A stretch of DNA of 64,000 bases from Candidatus Latescibacterota bacterium (GTDB taxonomy: Bacteria > Latescibacterota > UBA2968), in the NCBI GenBank assembly GCA_965116885.1, contig OZ220741.1:1216001-1280000 (forward strand), read 5' to 3'. Below are positions 27,786 to 38,383 of this stretch, in pieces. The notes under the pieces were generated by a model. That model was not told the origin of the DNA. It was given only the letters and a program-made list of their open reading frames with translations, and did not search any database. Every line of letters starts with the position of its first letter. Positions within the stretch are counted from its first letter, which is position 1. Both the position numbers and the translations under genes were made by a program.

Positions 27786-30167
27786 GTGTTTAAGAATTAT
27801 ATCACAATCGCGATCCGCAATTTTTTGGGGCAAAAAACCCATTCCATCATCAATATCGCGGGTCTTTCCGTGGGCCTGACCTGTAGTTTTTTAATTTTTA
27901 TGTGGATTGCCCACGAACTCAGCTACGATCAATTCCACGTGGAAGGCGACCGAATCTACCGCCTCATGCGGCATCATCACGGCATGAATAAGATCTCTAC
28001 GCTGTCTTCTATCCCGCAGCCGAGTGCCAAATTGCTGGAAGAGCAATATCCCGAAGTGACCGAGACCGTGCTTGTGACCTGGACTCAGCCCATGCTTTTG
28101 ACGCATGGAGAGCAGACTTTTCGGGACCGCGGATATCACGCGGGACCGGCCTTTTTTAAAATTTTTACCTTTCCCCTCATCCTGGGCGATCCCGAAACAG
28201 TACTTTCGGAACCGGATAATATCGCCATCTCTGAACGACTGGCCGAGAAGTATTTCGGAGAGGATTGGCGAAGTACCGCGATGGGGCAGATTTTTGTGGT
28301 GAATAACACGCACGCGCTGGTGCAATACGATAACAAAAGTTTTAAGGTGACCGGGGTTTTTGAAAACATGCCCGTAAATTCGACGCAGAGATATGACTGT
28401 ATTTTGCCGATGGCATCTTATCTGGCTAATAAACGCGGTTTTTATCAGTGGACGGTAAATCACCTTCGGCTATACGTTCAGTTGCAAAAGGATGTCAATA
28501 TCGATCAATTCAATGCCAAGATTAAAAATATTATTAAGGAGAATGATAACACGGTTACAAGCGATGCTTTTTTACAACCCTATCAGGATATGCATCTGTA
28601 TTCCGACTACAGGAATGGCAAGCTGGTTGGTGGTCGGATTGACTATGTGCGGATGTTTATTATCGTGGCCGTGTTCATCATCCTGATCGCGAGTATCAAC
28701 TTTATGAATCTATCGACTGCGCGTTCTACGCAACGCGCCCGGGAAATTGGGATTCGCAAGGCTGTTGGAGCGCATAAAACCATTCTGATTGGGCAGTTTA
28801 TGGGAGAATCTCTCCTGATGACCATGTTCGCTGCAATTCTGGCGTTGGTCATGGTCATTTTGATTTTGCCGGCGTTTAGCGATTTGGTTAATCAGACGCT
28901 CACGACCGATCTTTTCAGTATCGAGATTCTTCTCATCTTTTTTGGCATTGCGATTGTAACAGGGTTGCTCGCGGGAAGCTATCCCGCTTTTTATCTTTCC
29001 AATTTTAATCCAGTCATTGTTTTGCGCGGTACTTTTACACCGGGGTCGGGTTCGAGTCAGTTGCGCCGGGTGCTGGTGGTGTTCCAATTCGGTCTTTCTA
29101 TTTTGCTCATTATCGGCACGCTGACGGTTTATGAGCAGATTGCGTATATGCGAAATAAAGATCTGGGCATTGACCGCGATAATCTGGTGTATATGCGGTT
29201 GGAGGGGTCAGCGAAGAGACAGTATGAGGCTTTCCGACGCGAACTTTTGCAACAGCCGGGCATTGTCGGCGTGACCAGTACCGCACACAACCCACTCAGG
29301 GTAACGAGTACAGGAACAAATGCCATGTGGGCGGGTAGAGATCCCAATTCAGAACATATTTTTCACAGGTTTCAGGCCAATTACGATGTGGTCAATACCC
29401 TGCAAATGGAGCTTGTTCACGGGCGCGAATTTTCCAGAGATTTTCCCGGCGATCTCAGAAGTTTTATCGTGAATGAAGAAATGGCCCGGGCTATGGGCAT
29501 GGAAAACCCGGTTGGCACCCGTCTGCGATTTGGTCGCGAAGGTCCAATTATTGGTGTGGTTAAAAATTTTCATTTTCAATCATTGTACACCGCCATCGAA
29601 CCGCTGATTATTCTTCTGAGTCCCACCCGGACGGAGTATTTGTTTGTTCGTATTGCCGCGGGACAAACGGCTGAGGCCATTGCAGGTATTGAGCGGGCAT
29701 TTAAGAAATTCAATGCGGACAGTGCTTTTGAATTTTCTTTTCAGGACGAACAGTTTGAAAGCATGTATCGCACCGAAAGCACGATGGGTACTCTGGCCAC
29801 TTTTTTCGCCATTTTCGCCATTTTTATTTCTTGCCTGGGTCTGTTTGGCCTGGCGTCCTATACCGCCGAGCAACGCACCAAGGAAATCGGCATTAGAAAA
29901 GTTCTCGGTGCGTCTATTCCCCATCTCGTCATTCTGCTTTCCAAAGAGTTCATCAGGCTGGTTGTCATCTCCTTTGCGCTGGCCGCTCCGCTGGCCTATC
30001 ACTTTATGACCGAGTGGTTAAATGATTTTGCGTACCACACATCTCTGGGCTGGCGCGTCTTTGTTTTCGCTGGCATCCTGTCTCTGATTATAGCCTGCCT
30101 TACCGTGAGCTTTCAAGCGATCAAAGTCGCCATGGCCAATCCCGTTGAGTCGCTGCGGTATGAATGA
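27786..30167 (+). CDS. MacB/FtsX-family ABC transporter permease
   Basis: MFKNYITIAIRN, INFMNLSTAR, EQRTKEIGIRK, NPVESLRYE; AGGAG + GTG start. Confidence 0.94.
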   Translation: MFKNYITIAIRNFLGQKTHSIINIAGLSVGLTCSFLIFMWIAHELSYDQFHVEGDRIYRLMRHHHGMNKISTLSSIPQPSAKLLEEQYPEVTETVLVTWTQPMLLTHGEQTFRDRGYHAGPAFFKIFTFPLILGDPETVLSEPDNIAISERLAEKYFGEDWRSTAMGQIFVVNNTHALVQYDNKSFKVTGVFENMPVNSTQRYDCILPMASYLANKRGFYQWTVNHLRLYVQLQKDVNIDQFNAKIKNIIKENDNTVTSDAFLQPYQDMHLYSDYRNGKLVGGRIDYVRMFIIVAVFIILIASINFMNLSTARSTQRAREIGIRKAVGAHKTILIGQFMGESLLMTMFAAILALVMVILILPAFSDLVNQTLTTDLFSIEILLIFFGIAIVTGLLAGSYPAFYLSNFNPVIVLRGTFTPGSGSSQLRRVLVVFQFGLSILLIIGTLTVYEQIAYMRNKDLGIDRDNLVYMRLEGSAKRQYEAFRRELLQQPGIVGVTSTAHNPLRVTSTGTNAMWAGRDPNSEHIFHRFQANYDVVNTLQMELVHGREFSRDFPGDLRSFIVNEEMARAMGMENPVGTRLRFGREGPIIGVVKNFHFQSLYTAIEPLIILLSPTRTEYLFVRIAAGQTAEAIAGIERAFKKFNADSAFEFSFQDEQFESMYRTESTMGTLATFFAIFAIFISCLGLFGLASYTAEQRTKEIGIRKVLGASIPHLVILLSKEFIRLVVISFALAAPLAYHFMTEWLNDFAYHTSLGWRVFVFAGILSLIIACLTVSFQAIKVAMANPVESLRYE

Positions 30168-30189
30168 AACTTAATTTCTGACGTTAAAC

Positions 30190-32592
30190 ATGTTCCAAAA
30201 CTATCTGAAAATCGCCCTGCGAAATTTGATGCGCCACAAGGGATACTCGCTGATCAATGTACTGGGACTATCGGTGGGCGTGGCTTGTTGTGTCCTCATC
30301 GGATTATTCATTCACGATGAATTTCGCGTCAATCGGTTTCACACAAAGAGCGATCGGATCTACAAATTGCTCCGCGAGATGCGCAACGATGACGGCACCC
30401 GTGACATGGGTTTTGGCACATCGGGCGCAGCGGGACCCGCGCTAAAAAAAGACTATTCAGAAATCGAAACAGTCGTGCGATACCTGTCGTGGGGCTATAT
30501 CTGGACCACGTATAAAGACCGCAAATTTAATCAGCGGTTCTGTTTGACAGATCCCGATTTTCTGGATGTCTTCGATTTTGAACTGGTGAGGGGAGATCGC
30601 GCAACAGTACTCAAAGAACCGCTTTCCATCCTGGTGACAGAGGCAACCGCGCGGCGATTTTTTGGGGATGACGACCCAATAGGAAAAGTGCTTACCGTCG
30701 ATGATCGGTATATGGGCGGGGTATATACGATTACCGGGGTACTAAAAAACGTGCCTCGGCAATCAACCATGCAATTTGATATCGTATGTGCAACCGTAAA
30801 CACCTATTGGACGCGGAACGTATTTGAAAACTGGGCGGTAGATTCAACCTGGCGACCGGCACACAATTACATCTTATTGCGAGAAGGCGCAGATGCGAAA
30901 GCACTCGAAGCAAAATTGCCCGAATTCATGGCGCGATACATGGGCGATGAAATCGTCAAAAAGAGCACCTATTTTTTGCAACCCTTAGAGCGAATCTATC
31001 TGTATTCCAAAGTGGATTATGGCATCTCATTTCACAGCGATATTACGTATGTGTACCTGTTTGCAATCATCGGACTTTTCATTTTACTGATTGCGTGCAT
31101 CAACTTTATGAACCTGTCAACAGCGCGCTCTGCGCGACGGGCACGCGAAGTCGGATTGCGAAAAGTAGTGGGAGCCTATCGCGCCCAATTGATTCGACAG
31201 TTCCTGGGAGAGACATTTTTAACCGCACTGCTGGCCGGGCTATTGTCGCTAATTATTGTGAAAATTTCACTACCCCTCCTGAATAACTTTGCCCAAAAAA
31301 CAATAGCACTTGAAGGACAGACCCTGTGGTACGCGATTGCTGGCCTATTTGTTTTAACCGTACTGGTAAGCCTCCTCTCCGGAGGATATCCCGCGCTATT
31401 TCTATCCAGTTTTCGGCCCGTAACAGTACTGAAAGGCACGCTTATTTCGGGTACCAAAAGCGGTCGATTGCGACAGATCCTCGTGATATTTCAATTTGCG
31501 ATCTCGACATTTTTAATCGTGGGCACATACACGGTATATCAGCAATTGAATTATGTACAGAACAAAAACTTGGGATTCGATAAAGATCTCATAGTTCTAA
31601 CCTATCTATTTTCTACAGACCGACGATTGACGGATGATTATTTGAATATCAAAAATGAATATCTGAAGCACCCAAACATCTTGAAAGCATCGGCATCGCA
31701 TTCTTCGATGGGATATGGGGGACAACTGGACAGGGTATTTCCCGAGGGAAGAGGAGGGGAAGACTGGCGGATGCGCGTCCTGGGCGTGGATGAAGCCTTT
31801 TTAGACACCTATAATCTGGAACTCACAGCGGGTCGCAATTTTTCGCTATCAGTAACAACCGATACATCTCAGGCATTTATCCTGAACGAAACTGCCGTGA
31901 AGCGATTGGGATGGACCGAGCCGCTTGGAAAGGAATTTGGATGGGCTGCGCACAATCGAGAGAAAGGCGTTGTGATCGGCGTAGTAAAAGATTTTCACAA
32001 CAGGTCGCTACACGAAATCATCCGCCCCGTGGCGATTGCCATGTGGCAACCCAAATTCAACGTACTAACACTAAAAATTCGCGGTCAGGACATTGATGAA
32101 ACGCTTAAATATATCGGTAAAATATGGCGGAAATATATTCCCGAAAAGCCGTTTGAGTATCGTTTTTTAGACGAAAATTTAGCGAGTTTTTATCTGGCTG
32201 AACAACGGATAGGAACACTTATAACCGTATTTGCCGGGCTGGCGATTATAATCGCGTGCCTGGGCCTGTTTGGCCTGGCGGCATTTACAGCAGAGCAACG
32301 CACCAAAGAAATTGGCATCCGCAAAACCCTGGGCGCATCCGTCCCCAATATTGTGCGCTTGCTCTCGCGAGAAGTTGTAATTCTGGTACTGCTGGCCAAC
32401 GTGATCGCATTCCCACTGGCCTATTGGGTCATGAATGAATGGTTGGCGGGATTTGCGTACCGCATAGATCTGGGCGCGCTGGTATTTGTATTGAGCGGAT
32501 TACTAACAATGGCAATCGCGATCATGACCGTGAGCACACAGGCGATTCGCGCAGCCCTGACCGATCCAGCGACAGCATTGCGATATGAATAG
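30190..32592 (+). CDS. MacB/FtsX-family ABC transporter permease
   Basis: MFQNYLKIALRN, ACINFMNLSTAR, EQRTKEIGIRK, DPATALRYE. Confidence 0.94.
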   Translation: MFQNYLKIALRNLMRHKGYSLINVLGLSVGVACCVLIGLFIHDEFRVNRFHTKSDRIYKLLREMRNDDGTRDMGFGTSGAAGPALKKDYSEIETVVRYLSWGYIWTTYKDRKFNQRFCLTDPDFLDVFDFELVRGDRATVLKEPLSILVTEATARRFFGDDDPIGKVLTVDDRYMGGVYTITGVLKNVPRQSTMQFDIVCATVNTYWTRNVFENWAVDSTWRPAHNYILLREGADAKALEAKLPEFMARYMGDEIVKKSTYFLQPLERIYLYSKVDYGISFHSDITYVYLFAIIGLFILLIACINFMNLSTARSARRAREVGLRKVVGAYRAQLIRQFLGETFLTALLAGLLSLIIVKISLPLLNNFAQKTIALEGQTLWYAIAGLFVLTVLVSLLSGGYPALFLSSFRPVTVLKGTLISGTKSGRLRQILVIFQFAISTFLIVGTYTVYQQLNYVQNKNLGFDKDLIVLTYLFSTDRRLTDDYLNIKNEYLKHPNILKASASHSSMGYGGQLDRVFPEGRGGEDWRMRVLGVDEAFLDTYNLELTAGRNFSLSVTTDTSQAFILNETAVKRLGWTEPLGKEFGWAAHNREKGVVIGVVKDFHNRSLHEIIRPVAIAMWQPKFNVLTLKIRGQDIDETLKYIGKIWRKYIPEKPFEYRFLDENLASFYLAEQRIGTLITVFAGLAIIIACLGLFGLAAFTAEQRTKEIGIRKTLGASVPNIVRLLSREVVILVLLANVIAFPLAYWVMNEWLAGFAYRIDLGALVFVLSGLLTMAIAIMTVSTQAIRAALTDPATALRYE

Positions 32593-32638
32593 CCGACACC
32601 TGTGCGCCTATGAACTGCTATGATTCGCTGTTCCGTTG

Positions 32639-32678
32639 ATTCGTCTATTCGTCTATTCGTCTATTCGTCTATTCGTCC
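32639..32678. repeat. 8-bp tandem repeat (ATTCGTCT) x5
   Basis: Read directly; last copy is ATTCGTCC. Confidence 0.9.
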
Positions 32679-32684
32679 CTTCGC

Positions 32685-34403
32685 TCACACCCCACGCGAC
32701 ATAGACAACCCCTCTTGCTCTCGCCACAAATACAACACATGGCGCGACTTCCGCAAATGGCGTTCATACTCCTTGCTAAAATCCCGACGCTTGCCACTCG
32801 GCGTCCTGCCATTGGGTCGCGCATTGCACTTCCCGCGCGCCTGCGTAATGCTTCGGCTGCCATTTTGCACGGCAATCGTCATCACCCGATGCGTCTCATC
32901 CTCCGGCGTCGTAACCTGCATCGTCCAGATTGACGATTTCCCGGTCTTGCAATTATTCGCATAAGACCCCACGCAGTGGTGCATCCTGCGTCCCTCGAGG
33001 GACAACTCTTTGGCCGACAGCAACTCCGTAATCGTCCACCGCTCCTTTTCATTCCCATAATTATCCGTCGCCGTCCAATCCAGCTCATTCAGTCCCGAAG
33101 GCGCCCACACCTTTGCGGGCAAGCGATTCTGCCGCGCCAACTGCCGGTGCCAAAACTCAACCTGTCGCAGCAACTTGACCATACTGCGCCCCTTAATCGA
33201 AAAATTCGGCTGCTCGGGCGGCAACTGCACAACCTCGCCACCAACCGTCTCTTCCCGAGGTATGTATTTCTGATTGTGAATATAATCCACAATCGGTCCC
33301 ACCTCATCGGGATCGAGCATTGGATTATTCACAAAAAAATGCACCACCTTATGCCAGAAGTCTTCGCACTCAAAAGACGACCCCAACCGCGTACCATTCA
33401 CCGCGCGCACCAGCGGCTCTTCCCCGCCAAGCCCCAGAATTTGACCCCGCCGAAACGCCTCGTAAATCGTGTAATCGTGCGGCGACTCCAAAAACAAATG
33501 CGCCATCTTCTTCGTCAGCGTCAGCGGAACATCTGCCTTGCGGATATTCCCACCCGTTCCCACATGCACAAACCAGCCCTGCTGCTGCCGCGCCTCGTCT
33601 TCCTCGCCGAGAAACCACGCGATATCCATAAACGCGGGCACATCGTACTTCGCGAGCAAATGTCGCGCAAGCGAACCAAATTGCTTGCGCCCATTGTGCG
33701 AATCTGGCCGCCACTCTCCCGGATCGCGCAACCACCGCTTGTGCCAATGCGCCAGCGCGCCCAAACCCTCGATAAATGTATTGCCATCAGAAGGTCCCAG
33801 GCGCACAATCGCGGGCTTGACGTCAAAAAAATCGCCTCGTTTTTCCACATGAAGCAGCAACTGCAACAGCGCGCGCCGCCCTTTGCGATCTCTTCCCAGT
33901 CCATCAAAAGCCCGCTGGATCTTTTGCAAATGCGGGCGATTCAACTCCGTCTCCGACAGCTTGCCCTCATAAATCGCCCGAATCGTCTCTTGGGGCCGCC
34001 GCGTGTGATTTTTCATCCTCGCCAAAACCGCATCGCTCTCTATCCGCTCGGCCAAATCGCACTCTTTCTTGCGCTGTGCAGCACTCTTATGCGTCCCCGT
34101 ACTCAACCCGTGCGCAGTACACCACGCGGTATAATCCGCAACCGTCTCTAACCCCAACGCGCTGATATGGCGCACAAATTCCTGCTCGGCCAACTCCTCA
34201 TCAATCGCCCGGTCAGCAACCTTGCGCTCCTGCCGCCGCTCCTGCCAGCTCTTATTCAGCGCCCCATTAAATCCATGATCGCGACACCACGCCTGATATT
34301 GCCCCACACTCGTCAACCCCAGCGACCGAATATGCGCCGTCAAATCCGCATTCGCCTTACCAGCAGCCCCTCTGTGCCGTCTCTTTTTTCGCTTCGCTGC
34401 CAT
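32685..34403 (-). CDS. PcfJ-domain protein
   Basis: C-terminal ELLSAKELSLEGRRMHHCVGSY...ITQARGKCN; GGGAG ribosome-binding site. Confidence 0.8.
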   Translation of the reverse strand: MAAKRKKRRHRGAAGKANADLTAHIRSLGLTSVGQYQAWCRDHGFNGALNKSWQERRQERKVADRAIDEELAEQEFVRHISALGLETVADYTAWCTAHGLSTGTHKSAAQRKKECDLAERIESDAVLARMKNHTRRPQETIRAIYEGKLSETELNRPHLQKIQRAFDGLGRDRKGRRALLQLLLHVEKRGDFFDVKPAIVRLGPSDGNTFIEGLGALAHWHKRWLRDPGEWRPDSHNGRKQFGSLARHLLAKYDVPAFMDIAWFLGEEDEARQQQGWFVHVGTGGNIRKADVPLTLTKKMAHLFLESPHDYTIYEAFRRGQILGLGGEEPLVRAVNGTRLGSSFECEDFWHKVVHFFVNNPMLDPDEVGPIVDYIHNQKYIPREETVGGEVVQLPPEQPNFSIKGRSMVKLLRQVEFWHRQLARQNRLPAKVWAPSGLNELDWTATDNYGNEKERWTITELLSAKELSLEGRRMHHCVGSYANNCKTGKSSIWTMQVTTPEDETHRVMTIAVQNGSRSITQARGKCNARPNGRTPSGKRRDFSKEYERHLRKSRHVLYLWREQEGLSMSRGV

Positions 34404-34453
34404 AACATTCTCCCGTGTCCTATCTCTATCTAATACTTATAAGGATGCACTTC

Positions 34454-36013
34454 TCAAGAATACTCCGGCAAAAAAACCTCAATCAGCGTCGGTCCCTCGG
34501 CCTGCAACGCCTCTTCGAGCGCCTCGCCAAACCCCTGTCCGTTGGTCACGCGAACACTCTGCATCCCAAAACTCTGTGCAAACATCACAAAATCGGGATT
34601 CGCCAACGCCACGGCAATATTTCGCCCATCACATTCCCGATCCTGCGCCCGTTTAATCGCGTCATAAGTATTGTCATTGCACAAAACAACCGGCAGTGAT
34701 ATCCCCTGCTGAACCGCGGTTGAAAGCTCTGTCGCCGTGTACATAAACCCGCCATCGCCGCACAGCGACACCACCTGCTTATCTGGACACGCGATCTTGG
34801 CACCCACAGCCGCCGGCATGGAAAACCCCAGCGTTCCATAAACAGTAGGCGACAAAAACGTGCGCGGCTGATAAACCGGAAAATGGCGACGCGCCTGATA
34901 GCTAATCATCGTCATATCGTTCACAACCACCGCATCCCGATCCAGAACATCCCGCAAAATTCCCAGCAACTCGGGAAAAGGTTTCTCCTCCCACTGACCG
35001 GGCACCTGCGACCCAGAATCACCGACATCCCACGCGGACTTCACCCCATCCAACCGCGCGAACAAACCCCTCAACCCCGCACCCGCATCGCCAACCAGCG
35101 CAACATCTGGCTCAAACGACCGCCCGATCACATCCGGATCGATATCCAGATGAATGAGCTTCTCCGGTGTCCCCTTCCACATCTGCTCAAACCGAAAGCC
35201 AAGACGCGTACCCACGGCGATCACCACATCCGCTTCATTCAAACATTTGTTCATCGCCTCACCGCGCATCAGCAAAGGGTGATCCGCCGGAACAGCCCCC
35301 TGCCCATTCGCGGTAACAGCCACCGGCAATCCGAGTTTCTCCGCCAACTTAATCACATCACCGCTCGCATCTTGCGTCCCCCCACCCGCGATCAACACCG
35401 GCTTACGCGCAGACTGAATCATCTCCGCCGCCGCATCGAGCGCGGCCTCCTCAGGTTTATGCGGCGGACGATGCGCTGGCTCGTCAATCTTTACATCTGC
35501 TTCTTCCTTAAAAACATCCAGCGGAACTTCAAAAATAAAGGGACGAGGACGCCCGTATTTCATCGCCTCAAAACCCTCTGATAGCGCATCCGGGATCTCC
35601 TCCACACGCGACACGCGCTGCCCACGCCCCGTCACCGAAAACAACGTCCCAAACTGGTCCCGCATATCGTGCAACACACCTGCATCTGTGCCATTTGTTT
35701 CATCCGTTGGACCACTGCATATCAGCAACACGGGCGACGACTCCGCGTGCGCTTCCCCAATCGACGTCAACGCATTCACCGCTGCCGGACCCGTCGTCGT
35801 CAACGCCACGCCCACGCGCCCCGAAGCCCGCGCATACCCATCCGCCATAAAACCAGCCCCCTGCTCGTGCCGCGTCGTCACATGCCGAATGCGCGGATGA
35901 TCGTACAGCGCATCGTAAAGCGCCAGCGTGTGAACCCCCGGAATGCCAAACACCACATCCACCCCCCATGCATCCAGCGTCTCAACCACAGCCTGACCGC
36001 CAGTCATCAACAT
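34454..36013 (-). CDS. Thiamine diphosphate-dependent enzyme (acetolactate synthase-like family)
   Basis: FGIPG, RHEQGAGFMADGYAR, GDGG...N ThDP motif. Confidence 0.9.
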   Translation of the reverse strand: MLMTGGQAVVETLDAWGVDVVFGIPGVHTLALYDALYDHPRIRHVTTRHEQGAGFMADGYARASGRVGVALTTTGPAAVNALTSIGEAHAESSPVLLICSGPTDETNGTDAGVLHDMRDQFGTLFSVTGRGQRVSRVEEIPDALSEGFEAMKYGRPRPFIFEVPLDVFKEEADVKIDEPAHRPPHKPEEAALDAAAEMIQSARKPVLIAGGGTQDASGDVIKLAEKLGLPVAVTANGQGAVPADHPLLMRGEAMNKCLNEADVVIAVGTRLGFRFEQMWKGTPEKLIHLDIDPDVIGRSFEPDVALVGDAGAGLRGLFARLDGVKSAWDVGDSGSQVPGQWEEKPFPELLGILRDVLDRDAVVVNDMTMISYQARRHFPVYQPRTFLSPTVYGTLGFSMPAAVGAKIACPDKQVVSLCGDGGFMYTATELSTAVQQGISLPVVLCNDNTYDAIKRAQDRECDGRNIAVALANPDFVMFAQSFGMQSVRVTNGQGFGEALEEALQAEGPTLIEVFLPEYS

Positions 36014-36247
36014 AATCCCATCCTTTCAATCGAATAATTAAAACTCACCTCGCCAATATACAACCAAAACCTCCCACCGTCAGACCAAATTTGAACTGGC
36101 TTGCAAAACCTTTGTCAACGCGCTATTTTGAAGCATAAAGTATAACCTTTCTTAATTTGATAGGCTGGATCGCGGCTCAACACGCGATGACAACCTTTTT
36201 TATCTGCGTCCATCTGCGGATACTTTTGTTTTTCTGACAACCATATT

Positions 36248-37333
36248 ATGAATACCATCATTATCGGCGGTGGACAGGCCGGCATAACACTGAGTTATTT
36301 CTTGCAACAACGCGGGGTCGAGCACCTCGTATTGGAGCGCGACCGGGCGTTCTCGGCGTGGCACAACTGCTGGGACAGCTTTCGGTTAAACACGGCCAAT
36401 TGGATGAACACATTGCCCGGCATGCCAAAACCATTCGCACCACACAAAGCCTGGCACGACACTGCCACACGCGAAGAAGCACTCGACTATTTCCAGGCGT
36501 ATCGCCAGATGGTCAATCCCCCATTAAAAGAAGGCGTCACCGTCACGCAAGTCGCCGAAGGAGAAAACACCTGGCACATCCATACAGACACCAAAACCTA
36601 TCAAACGACCAACGTCGCCATCTGCACCGGGCATGCTGCCCAACCCTTTGTCCCAGACACCGCGAAAAAACTACCGCAATCAACCCCCCAGCTACACTCA
36701 TCAAACTATCGAAACCCCGACCAGATCACAACGGCAAATGTCCTCATCGTAGGCAGCGGCAGCAGTGGCGTTCAAATCTGCCTGGACCTGGCGCAATCGG
36801 ACCAATTTGAAACCCTCTCATTCGCACTCAGCGGCAACGGCGTCGTCCCCTGGTCTATACTGGGCATCCCCATCGGCGTATTCTCCCGCATGCTCCCAGT
36901 ATTTGAAATCCAGCGACAAACGCTGATCGGACGGCGTATTATGCACCAATGGCAGGGAGGCGACCCCGCCATGGCACCATCGCCGCGCTGGCTTTCAAAA
37001 CACTACGGCGTACAACGGATCGGCCGCGTAATAGATGCCGACCACCGCGGAATCCTCTGCGCCGACGGCGAAATTGTCAGCACAGAAAACCTGACCGTCT
37101 TATGGTGTACCGGCTTTAGACCCGACCACAAATTTATCCGCGTACACCATCCCGAAACCGCATTTGACAAAAACGGACCCATTCACAAACGCGGCGTCTG
37201 CATCCCGGGCCTGTTCTTCGTCGGCTTGAAATTTCAACACACCGTTGGATCACATCTCCTGCGCGGCGTGGGACGCGACGCGGAATACATCGCACAGAAA
37301 ATCGCAGAAAGGAACCATCGCAATGCCTCGTGA
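36248..37333 (+). CDS. Flavin-containing monooxygenase family oxidoreductase
   Basis: IIGGGQAG, LHSSNYRNP, VGSGSSG, WCTGF. Confidence 0.88.
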   Translation: MNTIIIGGGQAGITLSYFLQQRGVEHLVLERDRAFSAWHNCWDSFRLNTANWMNTLPGMPKPFAPHKAWHDTATREEALDYFQAYRQMVNPPLKEGVTVTQVAEGENTWHIHTDTKTYQTTNVAICTGHAAQPFVPDTAKKLPQSTPQLHSSNYRNPDQITTANVLIVGSGSSGVQICLDLAQSDQFETLSFALSGNGVVPWSILGIPIGVFSRMLPVFEIQRQTLIGRRIMHQWQGGDPAMAPSPRWLSKHYGVQRIGRVIDADHRGILCADGEIVSTENLTVLWCTGFRPDHKFIRVHHPETAFDKNGPIHKRGVCIPGLFFVGLKFQHTVGSHLLRGVGRDAEYIAQKIAERNHRNAS

Positions 37334-38372
37334 ACAAAACATTCGCCTGGGCCTGATCGGCTGCGGCGGCATCGTCCAGAAATCCCATCTCCAGGGCCTG
37401 CTCGCCATACCCGACTTGGTAACCATCTCGGCCATTGCCGATCCCATCCCCGAAAATAGAAACCGCGTCGGCACAGCAGCAGACATCATTTCAGAACAAC
37501 GCTACGAAGACCACCGCCACATGCTCGCCCGCGCCGAACTCGACGCCGTCATCATCGCCACCCCCCATCACCTGCACGCCGAACACGTCATCGAAGCCGC
37601 GCAAGCGGGCGTCGCCATCATCTCGGAAAAACCCATGGCAACATCCCTCGAAGAAGCCGACCAACTCCTCGACGCCGTAAAAAAACACAACGTCCCCTAC
37701 GCCATTGTACACAACTTCCTCTACACGCCCGGCACCGCAGAAGCACTCAGACTTCTGCGCGAGGAAAACACGGGCACACCCCAAACGGGCCGCGCCCTAT
37801 CCCTCGGTGGCAAAACAGAAGACCAGGCCGATCCCAACAACGTCTGGCGCGCATCAAAAGCAGCCGGCGGCGGCTGTATCGGCGACACTGCGTACCACGA
37901 AATTTACCTCGTCGAAACCATGATCGGCTCGCCCGTGCGCTACGTGGAAGCCCGCGTACAGACCAAATTCTTCGACTTCGACGTCGATGACGTCGCCTTC
38001 CTCCTCTTTGAACACGAAAACGGCGCAATCTCCACCGTCTCGACATCCTGGGGCATGCCCGGCGGTGACCAGAGTATATGCGAAGTCTATACCCGCACAC
38101 ATGCCATCCGCATTGTCGGCCGCGGGCGCGAACTCCGCTACCTCGACAAAGCCGACCGCAGATGGCGATCCGTTGACCTCGACCACGGCCTCAGCACCGA
38201 CGCCCTGTCCCGCGCCGGTCACGCAAACTATTTTGCCGCCACATTCAAAGCACTCGCAGAAGGCAAACCGTCCCCAATCACCGCCGAACACGCCCGCCAC
38301 AACCTCTCGATCATCCACGCCGCACACCAGGCAACAGCACGGCGCAGGGCCATCGACGTGACCGAACTATAA
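37323..38372 (+). CDS. Gfo/Idh/MocA oxidoreductase
   Basis: GLIGCGGI, IATPHHLH, EKPMA, GGGCIGDTAYHEI. Confidence 0.9.
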   Translation: MPREQNIRLGLIGCGGIVQKSHLQGLLAIPDLVTISAIADPIPENRNRVGTAADIISEQRYEDHRHMLARAELDAVIIATPHHLHAEHVIEAAQAGVAIISEKPMATSLEEADQLLDAVKKHNVPYAIVHNFLYTPGTAEALRLLREENTGTPQTGRALSLGGKTEDQADPNNVWRASKAAGGGCIGDTAYHEIYLVETMIGSPVRYVEARVQTKFFDFDVDDVAFLLFEHENGAISTVSTSWGMPGGDQSICEVYTRTHAIRIVGRGRELRYLDKADRRWRSVDLDHGLSTDALSRAGHANYFAATFKALAEGKPSPITAEHARHNLSIIHAAHQATARRRAIDVTEL

Positions 38373-38383
38373 AAGGAATATCC

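Noticed and set aside
36165..36191. Small hairpin GCTGGATCGCGGCTCAACACGCGATGAC
   Set aside because: Single imperfect copy in the window; may be a degenerate repeat, but no call can be supported.
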